Assembly (NCBI GenBank): GCA_009103225.1
Contig: RHPI01002368.1
Location: 835,397-899,396, forward strand
Source of the DNA: Chlorokybus atmophyticus
Taxonomy: Eukaryota > Plantae > Mesostigma and Chlorokybus algae
DNA length: 64,000 nucleotides
Direction: 5' to 3'
Shown: in pieces, positions 24,184-39,222 of the stretch
Layout: each line of letters opens with the position of its first letter
How positions within the stretch are numbered: position 1 is the stretch's first letter
Translations under genes and position numbers: made by a program
The notes under the pieces: generated by a model
What the model saw: only the letters and a program-made list of their open reading frames with translations
Told to the model about the DNA's origin: nothing
Databases searched by the model: none

Positions 24184-25620
24184 CACAGTAAATGTGATGT
24201 GTATATGCTCATGCATTTAACATGCCAGCAGTGTCGTCAGCACATAGAATACAGGCAAAATCAACTATCATTGACCACCGGGCTCAGCTAGCTCACTCCC
24301 TCAAACACCAACTGCACTACTGCTACCCCCGTTAGTCATGCAAGCATGCATTGGCAGTAGCAATCACCTGCCAAGCCACCTTGCATTCAGTCTTCCGCGC
24401 AATAGGTGTTACGCATAACAGGCAAGGCATGCTCACTCTCAGGCTGCTTTGTTGACAGCATGATTACATGGGAGTTCGACTGCTAAGTGTGTGCAGTACT
24501 TAAGTGGTTCGCTCATATAGTCAGTCCTTGTGCTCATGAGCCTTGGGTAAGATGAACTGTACAACGCACTGATAAGCAGCTTGCACAAAGTTGGTCAGTG
24601 TACATGCCATCAGTTGGTGCTAATGAGACATGTGGGGTTGATGAGAAATGTGTCACACTAGTGTGTGATACAGCAATAATGGATAAGCATGGTTGAAGTG
24701 ACATGTGTCACACCATGTTGGCATATGCCAATGGCATATGCTAGTACCTCTTGGAGACCTGTATGGCCAAGGGAATTCGATGTGTCAGCACAGTGTGGGC
24801 GAAAAGGCGTTGATGGCTTTTCAGCTCACCTATGGCCAAGTGGGAAGGCAACAGGGAGAAGTATAAGAAGCTAGACCAGCATGGTTGGGGGTTGAGCTGG
24901 ACTCAGCCTTGTGCTTACTTGCTGTGTGGGGTGCTTGGCTGAACTGTTTAAGGGGCCTTTTTTACCCTCCTATGTGGGGCGTTGCCAAGTGCTAGCTAGG
25001 GTTCGAGGTGTTTACCTTGAGGTCAGCACCTGCACTAAAGAGTAGGCGCCTCCCACTTCTTGCTCATGCTGGTGGAGTTGCTAGCGGTCTTTCTTAACTA
25101 CCTGTCGTTGTGGACAACCCATGCCTAGCTGGTTCTACCCTTGTGTATTGCTAAGTGTGCATGCATGTGCATGTGCATGCTGTAGCCTCATACACTGATG
25201 GTGTATGTGTATGCCTCTTTTATGTTGAGAGTGTGCATGGCTTTTGTGCATGCACAATAGCCTTGCATCTGTGTGCATGTGTGGCTGCATCCTTCCAGGG
25301 GCATACTGCATGAGTGTGCATGCCACTTGCAGACAGCTGTGCTGGTTGTGTGCTGCGAGTAGACTCTACGTCCCCGCGGTCCCTAGCATAAGCGACGGCG
25401 CTGCGGTGTACATTAGTGCATTGACTGGCACTTAGTGGTTGACATCACACTGAGGTGGTGGTTGTGACAGTAGGCTGGCATGGGCACCAGCAAGAGCGAT
25501 TAGGACTCCCCGCCCGCCTCTTTTCTGCCTATTGCCGCCGCCACTCTTCCACTCGCCAACAACAATAGCCGCCTCCGTCTTGACTGTTGCGCTTTAGGGT
25601 TCGTTAGTCACATGGTCGCA
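24184..25620. repeat. Repeat X copy 2, interrupted by a solo LTR
   Basis: Aligns with 15707-16075 once 24407-25469 is removed. Confidence 0.85.
24407..25469. mobile_element. Solo LTR, 1063 bp
   Basis: Ends are TGTTAC...GTGACA. TSD is ATAGG/GTAGG (4/5). The empty site GTAGG is visible in repeat X copy 1. Confidence 0.8.
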
Positions 25621-26907
25621 AGCATTGGCACTCGTGCTATGCATATGCTGCAGCTCTCCCTTGCTGTCGCTGTGTGTGTGATTATACACCCTAGTGTGTC
25701 ATCTCTCCTGCATGCTTGCTTGCTTGTGCTTGCTTGCGCGTGAGCATACTAGCATCATAACCACTGGAAAGCCTTTGTATACATGCACAATATCTAGTAG
25801 AAAAGCGTTTCTAAAATTAAAACCCCACAAGACCAAGCCAAGACTAAACAACACTTTGGCTTCAATAACTTCCATGAGCCCCATACACGCTCGGTTGTTG
25901 CCCATGAGGTACCATCATTGGGGCACTACCGAGTCATCAATTGCTACCACAACAACCATCATTGTAGCTATGAATGCTCCATCATATATGAAAACCCACA
26001 ACATCTAATAGTGTGAAACTCATAGCGCTACAAAAACGCAATCAACACATGCAAATAGAAGCACACTACAACACTATCTACACATCAACAAAGGGCTGCA
26101 ACATACAGCGCGCTAGTTTTGACTGGCTTGGTCGGCGTTGAAGTCGGCAGCGCGAAAGTCCCCTTAAGCAGGTAAAGGTCGCGACACATCCAAGCAATGC
26201 TCGACGCTTGCAGCAACAGAGAACGTTGCAGTTGACTGATGCCTTACCGTGCGTGATGGTGGTTGTGGGGCAGCGCTCCACTCTTGTCTGCCTTGGTCGT
26301 TGCTGAAGTCGGCAGCACATAGCCCCCTAAGGAAGATAAAGGTCGCGACACATCCGAACATCACTGTTGCTTGCTACATGTGCTGCCCATGGATAGCCAT
26401 ATAATTATTACTTATGGTTGGCTTTGCTGCCATGCCACTGCAGCTGGTTGCAGCCATTGGCTCATCCAAATGCCAGTCCTAATGCAAGCAGCATCATCAC
26501 ATCAAGTGCACTAAGAATGGCAACTACTAGCTACTCTGCTCTGTACACATGTACGACTACACAACTCATATATGTACACCCCATCCAAACCACAGACTCA
26601 CGCTTCAGCCCTGTCCTGCATGTCCACATCTTGCAGCTCCTCACGCCTCTTGTCACGCCAGCAATTGCTCCCCAAGTCAACCAACCGCCTTCAAGCACTC
26701 ATTTGGGTGAGGTCATCGGAATTGCCGAGGCTCTAAAACTGAACCCGCTGAAGCGCTGTTTAACAATGGGATGACTGGTGCAGGCTCGGGTTCATGTTGG
26801 GGTTGAAGCTCAGCCACAACGCTGACAAAGAGCAGTCAGAATTCGCAATGAGACCGCAACATGAAAGAACCAAGTGCGTAACAGCTGTCGGAATGGGCTG
26901 GCTTATT

Positions 26908-29900
26908 TTACATTGGTAGCTCGGCAGCATCAGTTGTCCTAACAGTAGCAGCACCCGTATCCGTAATCATGTTCATGGCAGCCTCTGTGCGGGTCTTGTC
27001 CATGAACGACAACGGCCTTGGGTTTGTCAGCGTGTTCATCACTTGCTCTGTAAAGACAAAGGCTTGGTGAATTACTCAATGCATGTTGCTACATGCATTG
27101 AGCAGTTCAACGTGGTTGAACTCCTAGAGAGTGCAGTTCAACTCCTTGTGCTTGCTAGCCACAAAAATCAGCATACCTTCCAGCAACTTGAGCTGCTGAG
27201 CCACCTGTTCCCTTTCGTGCTCCAGTGCTTCACGCACCTAAACACAAGCACAACATGTTGCTGCCAGCCGACGGCTTCATTGTTGTGTTGAAGCAAACGC
27301 GGTGTCACAGATGTCGCTCCGCAACAATGATGCATTGGTACATTACCGCTTTTAACTCATCCGCGCTGCCACTTAGTAAGGACTCCAATGGTAGCTCCAC
27401 AGCCTGATACACACACATAACTGTCAAAACAGACAGAATAGATCCAAACCCGATTCGTAACCACCATCAACACTATTACCAACACCATTCACACATGGAT
27501 ACACCAGCTGGACACAACTAAGCAACATAACTGAGTGAACCTGTGTGGCAGCATACACACCTTGCCAGTGGCAACAGCTTCGGCTGCGGCGGTTGCAGCG
27601 GCCACAATGGCTGCAGCAGCTGACGCAAAGTACCGAACGGTTTTAGTCTGCGTGGGTTTGTTGTTAGTGGTGTTAGCCTGGTCTGTCGCCACTCCTCCTT
27701 CCTGGACAGCAGGCTGATCATCTGCCAACGTCAGACTCTCCATGCCATCACTGTCAATGTTGTTGATGTTGTCGTTGCTCGCCAGCAACACGCCCAAGTG
27801 AAGCTCGCCATCCGCCCTCACGGGCGTCAAAGCCAACCATTGCTTGATACCATCAGAGAGGTCTGCCCACAAAGCCACAAACGCTTCTGCATCTTCAGCC
27901 TGCACATGGTACGCATACATGTTTCACCCAAGTAGTTTTAGGCCATGACTTCAGCTACAAATTCAAAAAGTATGCATATGCACCTCTGTTATGGCAGCGA
28001 GGTGCTGCTCCCAGGCATCTCCCATTGTTAAACCATTTCGTGCATCTGTGGGATCGACCAACAAAGCTGCTCGCAGCTCCTTGAGTTGTGGACCTGCAAT
28101 GTGTAACAACATGAGCACATAACCAACATGCAAGGACCTATTGAAGTGGTGCAAGCACGAGAGTTGAGCTTGCCTAGCTCCTGCAGGCTGCTGGCATGCT
28201 TCATGTTTCGCCGCCAGCTGTTGCGCCGCGTTCGCCATATCTTGCGCACGTGGCTCCATGGTATCAACTCTTCCACTTCTAGAGCCTGCAGCCGCATGCA
28301 CAAGTTCACTCAATACATGTCCATCAGTGGGCTCTAGGTTATCTGATGATATAGCCCACCACTTGCAAACCCAGAAGCATAGACAGTACAACAGAAGCAC
28401 GCCTATATGCATGCATGCTCTCACCTCTTGTACAATCAGCTGCAACACCTCTTGTCGGCGCTTTTCCATAACTTCTTCCAGAGCAGTTGCAGCTGTGGAA
28501 GGAGCTGCTACTGCATCAACAACAAAGACACAGCGCGTAAGCGCACATCATGCAAGAAGCAACATGAAGCACCAACATCAACAACTCGTACCTGCTGCTG
28601 CCTCTGTTATGGAAGGCACTGCAGTGCTCTGATCTGCCAGAGCCGCCCCTGATGCAGGGCGCATCTCCGGCACTGCTGCATGTGCAGAGGCACCTGTTTT
28701 TGGAGACTTTGGTGTTGAAACTTCGCCAGCTGCCTGTGCACCCTGACAACAAAGCAAAGTAACTCAGGATCGGACTGCAGCCACTGCACGTGCAGGGACA
28801 AACAGACGCACACATACAAGCACATACACACTCACACACGCATGCACATGCACGCGCAAGCCGCTGATACAGCGTCAATGCAGAAACAGAGTCACAAGCG
28901 CTTTGTACCAGAGTTAAGTCTCTCTCAGACTTCTTCTCCTTGAGCTTGGCTCGTAGCTTTTCCATCTTAGATGCACTTTTCAGAGCCATGTACTGGACTC
29001 GCAGAACCTCCGATGTGTCAATGGTGCGTACCTAAACACGCTCATTGGGTGACTACACCATGGCAACGTGGCTACCTTATTTGCCTTTGTCCCACTTGAA
29101 TAGAGTTGAATCATTTGCTGTACGAACCAAAGGGAACACCACTAACTGGATGCATGCGCAGTGGCAGCTTTTAATATACCGTACCTCGTACCAACCGTTG
29201 AGACCCACGTCTGTCACCACAGCACGCCGGTTGTTAAACTTGGACGGCGTTCGCCTATTTCCAAGGATGATGACCGTCTCTTTCTTCTTGAATGGAAACA
29301 TGGAGCTAGTGCGACGCTCACCATCCTGTTCGTCATAAGCCCCCTCCTCCTTGTTAGACTCGTTGTCCTTGTCTTCAACATCCTTGTCCTTCGCCTTTTC
29401 ATCTCGCCCTTTGAAACTCAACTTCATTTTCTCCTTCATTTTCTCTTTCCTCTTGAGCTTCCCCTTCTCTTTGTCCTTGCGCATCTCTCTCAACAGCTTC
29501 TTCTCTTTGAATCGGGTCTCTCTATCCACCTTCATGGGCTCCATAATCATATCCGCAGCCTCTGGCCTCTTGATCTTTCGCCTTTCGGACCTGTCCCTGA
29601 CCTCAGCAGCAGCAGGAGGCGGCTTGACCCTGGGTGGAGAAGGGAGAGGCAAGGGCACTCCGGCTGCTGCAGCAGCGGCTGCCAACGCGGCTTTCCTCGC
29701 AGCGATCTCTGCATTGGTAGGCCGCCCAGGGCCTTTGCGCTTGGGGAACTGCAGGAGCACGGATGCGAGGGTAGGCACTGCCACTGGAGGTTGTGTTTGT
29801 ACAGTGGTTGTGGTGGTAGTGTTGGCTTTCGCTGGAGCAGAGATCGAGGCAACCCGCTTCTCAGATGGCTTGCTGGTCTCCACAAGCTTTGCTGCTGGAG

Positions 29901-32586
29901 CTTCAACTTGTGTAACATCTGAAGGCTTGGTTTGGGATGCAGGGGTGGCTGTAACAACGAGTGGTTGATGTGGCTCGGCAAGCTCGGGAGCTTTCTCAGT
30001 CTCGGCAGCAGCGGTTTCAGCAGAAGCCTTCACAGCAGGTTCATCTTCTGGCTCCTGATGCTCAAGGTTGGGTTGTTCTGCTCCACCTGCTGCTGTCTGT
30101 GATGGAATCCCCGCATGCATTGCTGGTGCCTGACTCTCAGCAGTGCCGGTATCAGGTTGACCTTCCACGCCACCCGCTGGCTCGTCAACAGTCATGGGCT
30201 CCTGGTCACCATGCTTGAGCTCCTGCGCAGCAGATGTAGGCTCTGTTGCTGCTAATTTGGGCAGCTGCATTGCAGGCTTTACAGCTTGCTGCTCTGGGGA
30301 TGCACGTTTTTCGTGCTCGTGCTCGCCCTCCTCCTTGTCCTCTTCATCTTCCTCCTCCTCGCCCTCCTCCTCATCATTTTCCTCTTCCTCTTCTTCCTCC
30401 TCCTCCCCCTCCTCCTCCTCCTCCTCCTCCTCCTCCTCCTCCTCCTCCTCATCATCATCATCCTCGTCCTCGTCCTCTAACATGTCCACATCCTCATCCG
30501 CGTTGTCGTGCTTCCTATCGCCTCTTCCATCCACAGCTTCACGCAGACGTGCCAGCGTTTCTGCTCTCTTAGCAGCCTTCGCAGCCTTTGCCGCTCTAGC
30601 TCTGGCTGTTGACAAGGCAATTGCCATCTTTTTGGCGGAAACATTCGCAGCCTGCTCCTGTTTTTCAACCTGGGACTTGGGCTTGCGTCCGGGCTTCTTG
30701 CGCTCAGTTGGTGACTTTGATTGTGGGGAAGCTGCTTCTGTTTCCTTGGAACCCGCAGACTTGGACGTTGTAACTGACTTGGTTTGCGGTGAAGCCGACT
30801 CTGCGAGCTTCAACTTTGGCTTCCGGCCGGGTTTCTTGCGCTCAACCTCTACTGGCTTGGCCTTTGGCTTCGGCCCCGGCTTCTTCCGGACGCTTTCCTC
30901 TTCAACGCCTTCCATGTCCAATGATTTTTGCTTCTTACTCAACTGTGCTGAAGCATCTTCCTTCTCAGTTAATTGCGCAGCAGCCTTAGGCTTTCGGCCA
31001 GGCTTCTTCTTTATCTTCACGGGTGCTGTTGACTTCCACGCACCAGACTTGTCATCCACAGCGGCCACTGCCGCTTTTGGCTTTCTGCCAGGTTTTCCTT
31101 TCACTTTCACAACTTCAACACTTGGCTTTGGTTTCGGCTTCGGGCCCGGCTTCTTGTGCACCTTTACTGGAGGTGTCACAGCGTGTCCTTCACCATTTTC
31201 CTCGGCCACAACCTTCGGTTTGGGCTTCGGACCCGGCTTCTTCCGGACTTTTCCTTCTGCTGTCAATGTTTTGCTGCTTTCAACAACAACACCCTTTGGC
31301 TTCGGGCCCGGCTTCTTCTTCACTTTGACTGGCGTATTAGCTTCAGATGGTCCAATCTTTGCTTCGGACCTTGTGCGAATCTGGAGAGTTTCTCCTCCCT
31401 CTTGCCCGCTCTTGCCAGTTGCCTCTTTAACCTCTTTGTGCTTCTTCCACCTCGCAGCAGCTGCGAGCTTCGCGTGCTCTGTTCTTGACATAACTTCCCG
31501 AGGCTTTTCACCTCCATCATCATCAGCAGCAGCATCCTCCTGCGAGCACAGACAATTAACAGCCAGCTTCTGTTGCATACAAAATAATGATACGGCAAAC
31601 ACAATGTGAAAGACTGCAATACCTTGCCATCGTCATGTGGCTCATCTGCTTCAGAAGTGTCCCCATTGTCAGCCCGCTTGCGCTTGGACAGACGGGACGC
31701 ATCTTTTGCATCAAGTGCAGCGGCTTGTCGCTGTTGTGCAGGAGCACATAAGTACAGAACAACATCACTTTGACGAAGACCTCGGCTGTTGGCTCAGCTA
31801 ACTTGGTGCAATGATGACAAACGGACTTGCACATGTTCTGACAACGGCTGACATTGCCAATATCCTGCAAGCAATTATCCATACTAGTTTCGTGTAGAGC
31901 GTCCTTGAGAGTAGTCCAACCAGCATTGAAAGTAGTCAACGTCGCTCATACACTTACATTGCAGTGCAGCGCATTGCAATAGAGCACAGAATAGCGTACT
32001 GCAGGGTAGTTCAGTGTGCTGCAGTGTAGTGTGGGTTGGCGCAGAGTGTAGCACAGAGCAGTGCACTGTACTGTACTGCAGGGTAGTGTAGTAGTGCAAT
32101 GCAGCGCAGTGTAGTATAGTGAGGTGTGCAGCAGTGCCGTGTAACGGCGCACATTGGTTCCAAGCTGGTTGGAGCACACTAGCGCATATGCAGCATGCAT
32201 ACTGAAGAACCCTGAGCACAGCAGTCTATCACCAGACACTGGCGCTTGGTAATGTCAAGTGACTTGTGTAACAACGTGCAGCATGCAGCACACACGTACC
32301 ACCTGTAGGTTGTTCAGTTAAAAATCCAGCGACGCGCTTTGTGACATGTACTGTGTCAAGCTGCATTTATGCTAGCATAGGTAATTCACGCATCCTGTTA
32401 TGAAGATCAACCACTGACTGGCGTTCTGCGCGATGGCTGCAAACATGCCACTCACATGCCGTGACACGGATTACCATGCGCATGAAACGCAGTAGTACCA
32501 ACATTATATCAGTGTCAAAGATGAACCGTCCTACGTTTGTCACAATCTCAGCATACCTCTTCGCCATGCTCCGCCGCCAGCTCCAT
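26908..32586 (-). CDS. Large chromatin-type protein: basic KKPG(P/R)KPK repeats, acidic tract, AFR/SAP30-related beta domain, helical C-terminus
   Basis: Exons 32586-32557, 31730-31623, a 2355-nt exon 31539-29185, 29031-28909 and further exons to a TAA at 26908 splice in frame. Eight KKPG(P/R)KPK-type motifs, a poly-E/D tract, and VIILGNRRT...VGLNGWYEVRTIDTSEVLRVQYMAL. The 5' end is uncertain. Confidence 0.8.
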
Positions 32587-32817
32587 CTCTTATGCCAAGG
32601 CAGCAACCGCCGCCGCCGCTGCGCTGGGCCAGCTGCGCAGGGACGGCGACGGGCCTGTGTTGAAGGCCGCGCACCAGCGCAGCCACTTCCGCACCTACCA
32701 GCACGTCTGGGCACACGGCCACCAACACGCCGCCTCCTCCTCCTCCTCCACCGCCTCCGCCGTCGCCACCCCCGCTGACCCCGCCATGGACAACGCCAAC
32801 GATACCACAGCTGACGA

Positions 32818-32842
32818 AAACCCTAATCCCACAAAACCCTAA
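32818..32842. promoter_or_regulatory. Two telo-boxes (AAACCCTAA) in the short bidirectional region between divergent genes
   Basis: Exact motif at 32818-32826 and 32834-32842. Telo-boxes are known plant promoter/5'UTR elements; function here is inferred. Confidence 0.55.
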
Positions 32843-33044
32843 TTTCAACCCAGACCGATCCGGCTCGCTGCCCAAACCCGTTCGGAAGCAATTCCGTCAG
32901 CACTCAATCTTCCTATGCTGTAATATTGTCACGCTAGCATAGCGTAACGCTATGCATGTATGACTCAATCGTGATGCAGAGACACGTGTATAAGCATAGC
33001 AGCAGCTTACGTGTACACAGGCATTGGTGGCGGCGGCGGCGGCG

Positions 33045-34522
33045 ATGGCGGCAGGCAAGGGTGCTGCGATGGCTGAGTACGAGGACGTCAAGCCTGCGCT
33101 TCTCCCAGAGGGCGCCGCCCGCGTCAGGCACTACGTCAGGAAGGCGGCGGCGAGCCTGCCCAGGAGCCCAGGCGAGCTGCGGCAGTGGGCGAAACAGGGC
33201 GGAACTCTCCGCACAGCCGGCCTGATCTTGGTAAGTGTGACGTCAATCACCGTGAGTGGATGTGAGCGCCTTTACTAGCTGGAAGCTCAAGCACATCACT
33301 GACGGATGGGCTTGACTGGTTCACGTTAGTTCCAACGTTGTATGTGATCAGCTACGGATCTGCCATGGGATATGCTATTTGACATTGCGAGAGTTGGCGG
33401 TTGGCTTTGCATGTACTCTTGCTAGCCTGTACCTGCATGCATGCATGCATGCAGGTGTGCATGCTTGCATGTTTTGTCCCACCGTTGCAACGCACACATG
33501 GCATGCCACATAGTTGATGGCTGCTTTGCCATCAACTATGGAGTCAAGCTCAAGCGAGTGTGTAGTGGCCAGAGGCTCAGAGAAGTGTCGTTCCACGCAG
33601 CATCCCACCCATATGATCCCGCGTGCGTACATGCGTGCATGCACACTACAATTGGCACACGTGCGTACATGCGTGACTCATGCATGAGCATACACGGCCA
33701 CACACGTCTGCGCCCCCGCACGTTTTTGGTACGTATGCATGAACTTACATGTGTGCGAGCTCGCACAAGTAAGTTCATGCGTACGTATCATGTCCACGCG
33801 CACTCATATGCGCCGTCTCTGGTATGTGTGCATGTGCAAGCACATGCATGTACCTGCGAGCAGGCACCTACACGCACACGTGCACGTATGCATATGCGCA
33901 CTCACTCTTGCACACACGCGCGCGCACGCGCATATGCAGGCACACCTACACATATGCGCATACACATATGTATGCATATGCGCATGTTCATGTTACCATC
34001 AACAATTGCAGAGTACAGTAACCAAACATCCCTCTGCAGGCAACTGGCATACTGTCTATAGCGGTGAGCGCAATAACCGCCTTTCTTCTGCTCGTTTTAG
34101 CCGCGACCGCCAATGCGGTGGTGATATCTTTCGTGCTTTGTCTATCGGCTGTTGGCGCCTTTTTGGCGATGTTTCTGGCTAGCGTATCGGCGATATCCGT
34201 CGCAGCCTTCTTCGCCAGCGCAGCTTTCGTCGGCACCGTGGCGCTGATATCGGCCTTCACAGCTTGCTGTGCCGGGTTTGTCTTAACCATGGTTTGGTTA
34301 GCTGTAACTGCGGTCAACGGCTCCATAAAAATGGTACAGAAAACATCAGAAAGCCTGCAGCAAAGCCCTATTCTGTCCTCTGCAATAAGCCCGGAGATTG
34401 TCCAGTTGAAGCCAATTGACTCGATTGACTCCAACTTTGTTGAACCCGTGTTGGTGAAAGCCCAACCCGTGTTTGTGGAGCAAGTGTTGGCTCCAACTCT
34501 GGCCCAAGCGCAGGAGGCGTGA
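33045..34522 (+). CDS. LDIP: LDIP/promethin-like lipid-droplet protein, 2 coding exons, 222 aa
   Basis: Exons 33045-33230 and 34040-34522 join in frame: LRQWAKQGGTLRTAGLIL-ATGILS...LAATANAVVISFVLCLSAVGAFLAMF..., a long uninterrupted hydrophobic stretch that parallels the Arabidopsis LDIP pattern (W.RRGSPLR...AAT.NAI.ISLL.SLA.AGGFLA.F). Confidence 0.8.
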
Positions 34523-35376
34523 TGAGAAGGCGTGTGGGTATGTGTCTCATGTTGGCCAATCTTGGCTTTTGTGTACAATTAGGAACAATTAGGTTTTTGT
34601 ATTCGTGTGTGCGTGTGTAAGCACACGTTGTCGGGTTCGTTGGTGTGTAGTTAGCTCCAGTGTTGTTCACCATAAACCACGTGTTGTGTATCTCTTACAG
34701 GTAGAGTTGCATTGTCATAATGCCAGTGTGCTAGAGTGTCATCAAGTTGTACATACAAACCCGCTGTGGCAGTAAGTGGTCTCCACGCCAGATCGAGAGA
34801 CCCTGTGTTCGATTGTATATATTTGGCATTGGAATGCTGGACTTTGCCACTACTGTGATTGTTGTGAAGTTGTCGTTGTTATGTTTTTCTATGATATATG
34901 CTTTGTACACATATAGGCCTTCAGCTTTTCTGTACACAAGTTCATGCGCACCCATCGCAGTCACACAAAAACACCGCACTATGCCAATGCGTGCTGTGTA
35001 ACATATATGCAATGTTATGCATGTGACCCCATTGCATTGTGTATATACCCACGCACACAACCCACAAGAATGCAAAAGGTATTGTGCTGGCACCAGCCAT
35101 GAGCATATAACGACCTCACAGTGACAATGTACACATGCAGCCATAAGCAGACTGAGCACACCGGGTGCAATATTCACAAAGTAACTTCAGTGCAAATATC
35201 ACCCAATGAAGGCGGCGAGTGCAGGCCATTCGCCTGCAAGCCGTGCTAATGGCCGCATCTACCTCACAACACAAACAAATAAGTATTAGCTTACAGCCAG
35301 TAAGTACACTATATACCATATATATCCCAAAAAATAAATCACTTCCTACTTGGCTCAATTAACATAGACAAGTGTG

Positions 35377-39222
<3,846 letters not shown>

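Noticed and set aside
26126-26358. Two copies of about 65 bp spaced about 165 bp apart (CTTGGTCG..GCTGAAGTCGGCAGC...AAAGGTCGCGACACATCC)
   Set aside because: Only two diverged copies and no repeat-spacer periodicity. This is a local duplication, not a CRISPR array.
29161-31609. Long plus-strand ORFs (471, 253, 205 aa)
   Set aside because: They are antisense shadows of the K/E-rich giant exon on the minus strand.
32300-32302. Possible 3-nt microexon (CAG|GTG|GTACGT)
   Set aside because: It is frame-neutral and indistinguishable from chance without junction reads.
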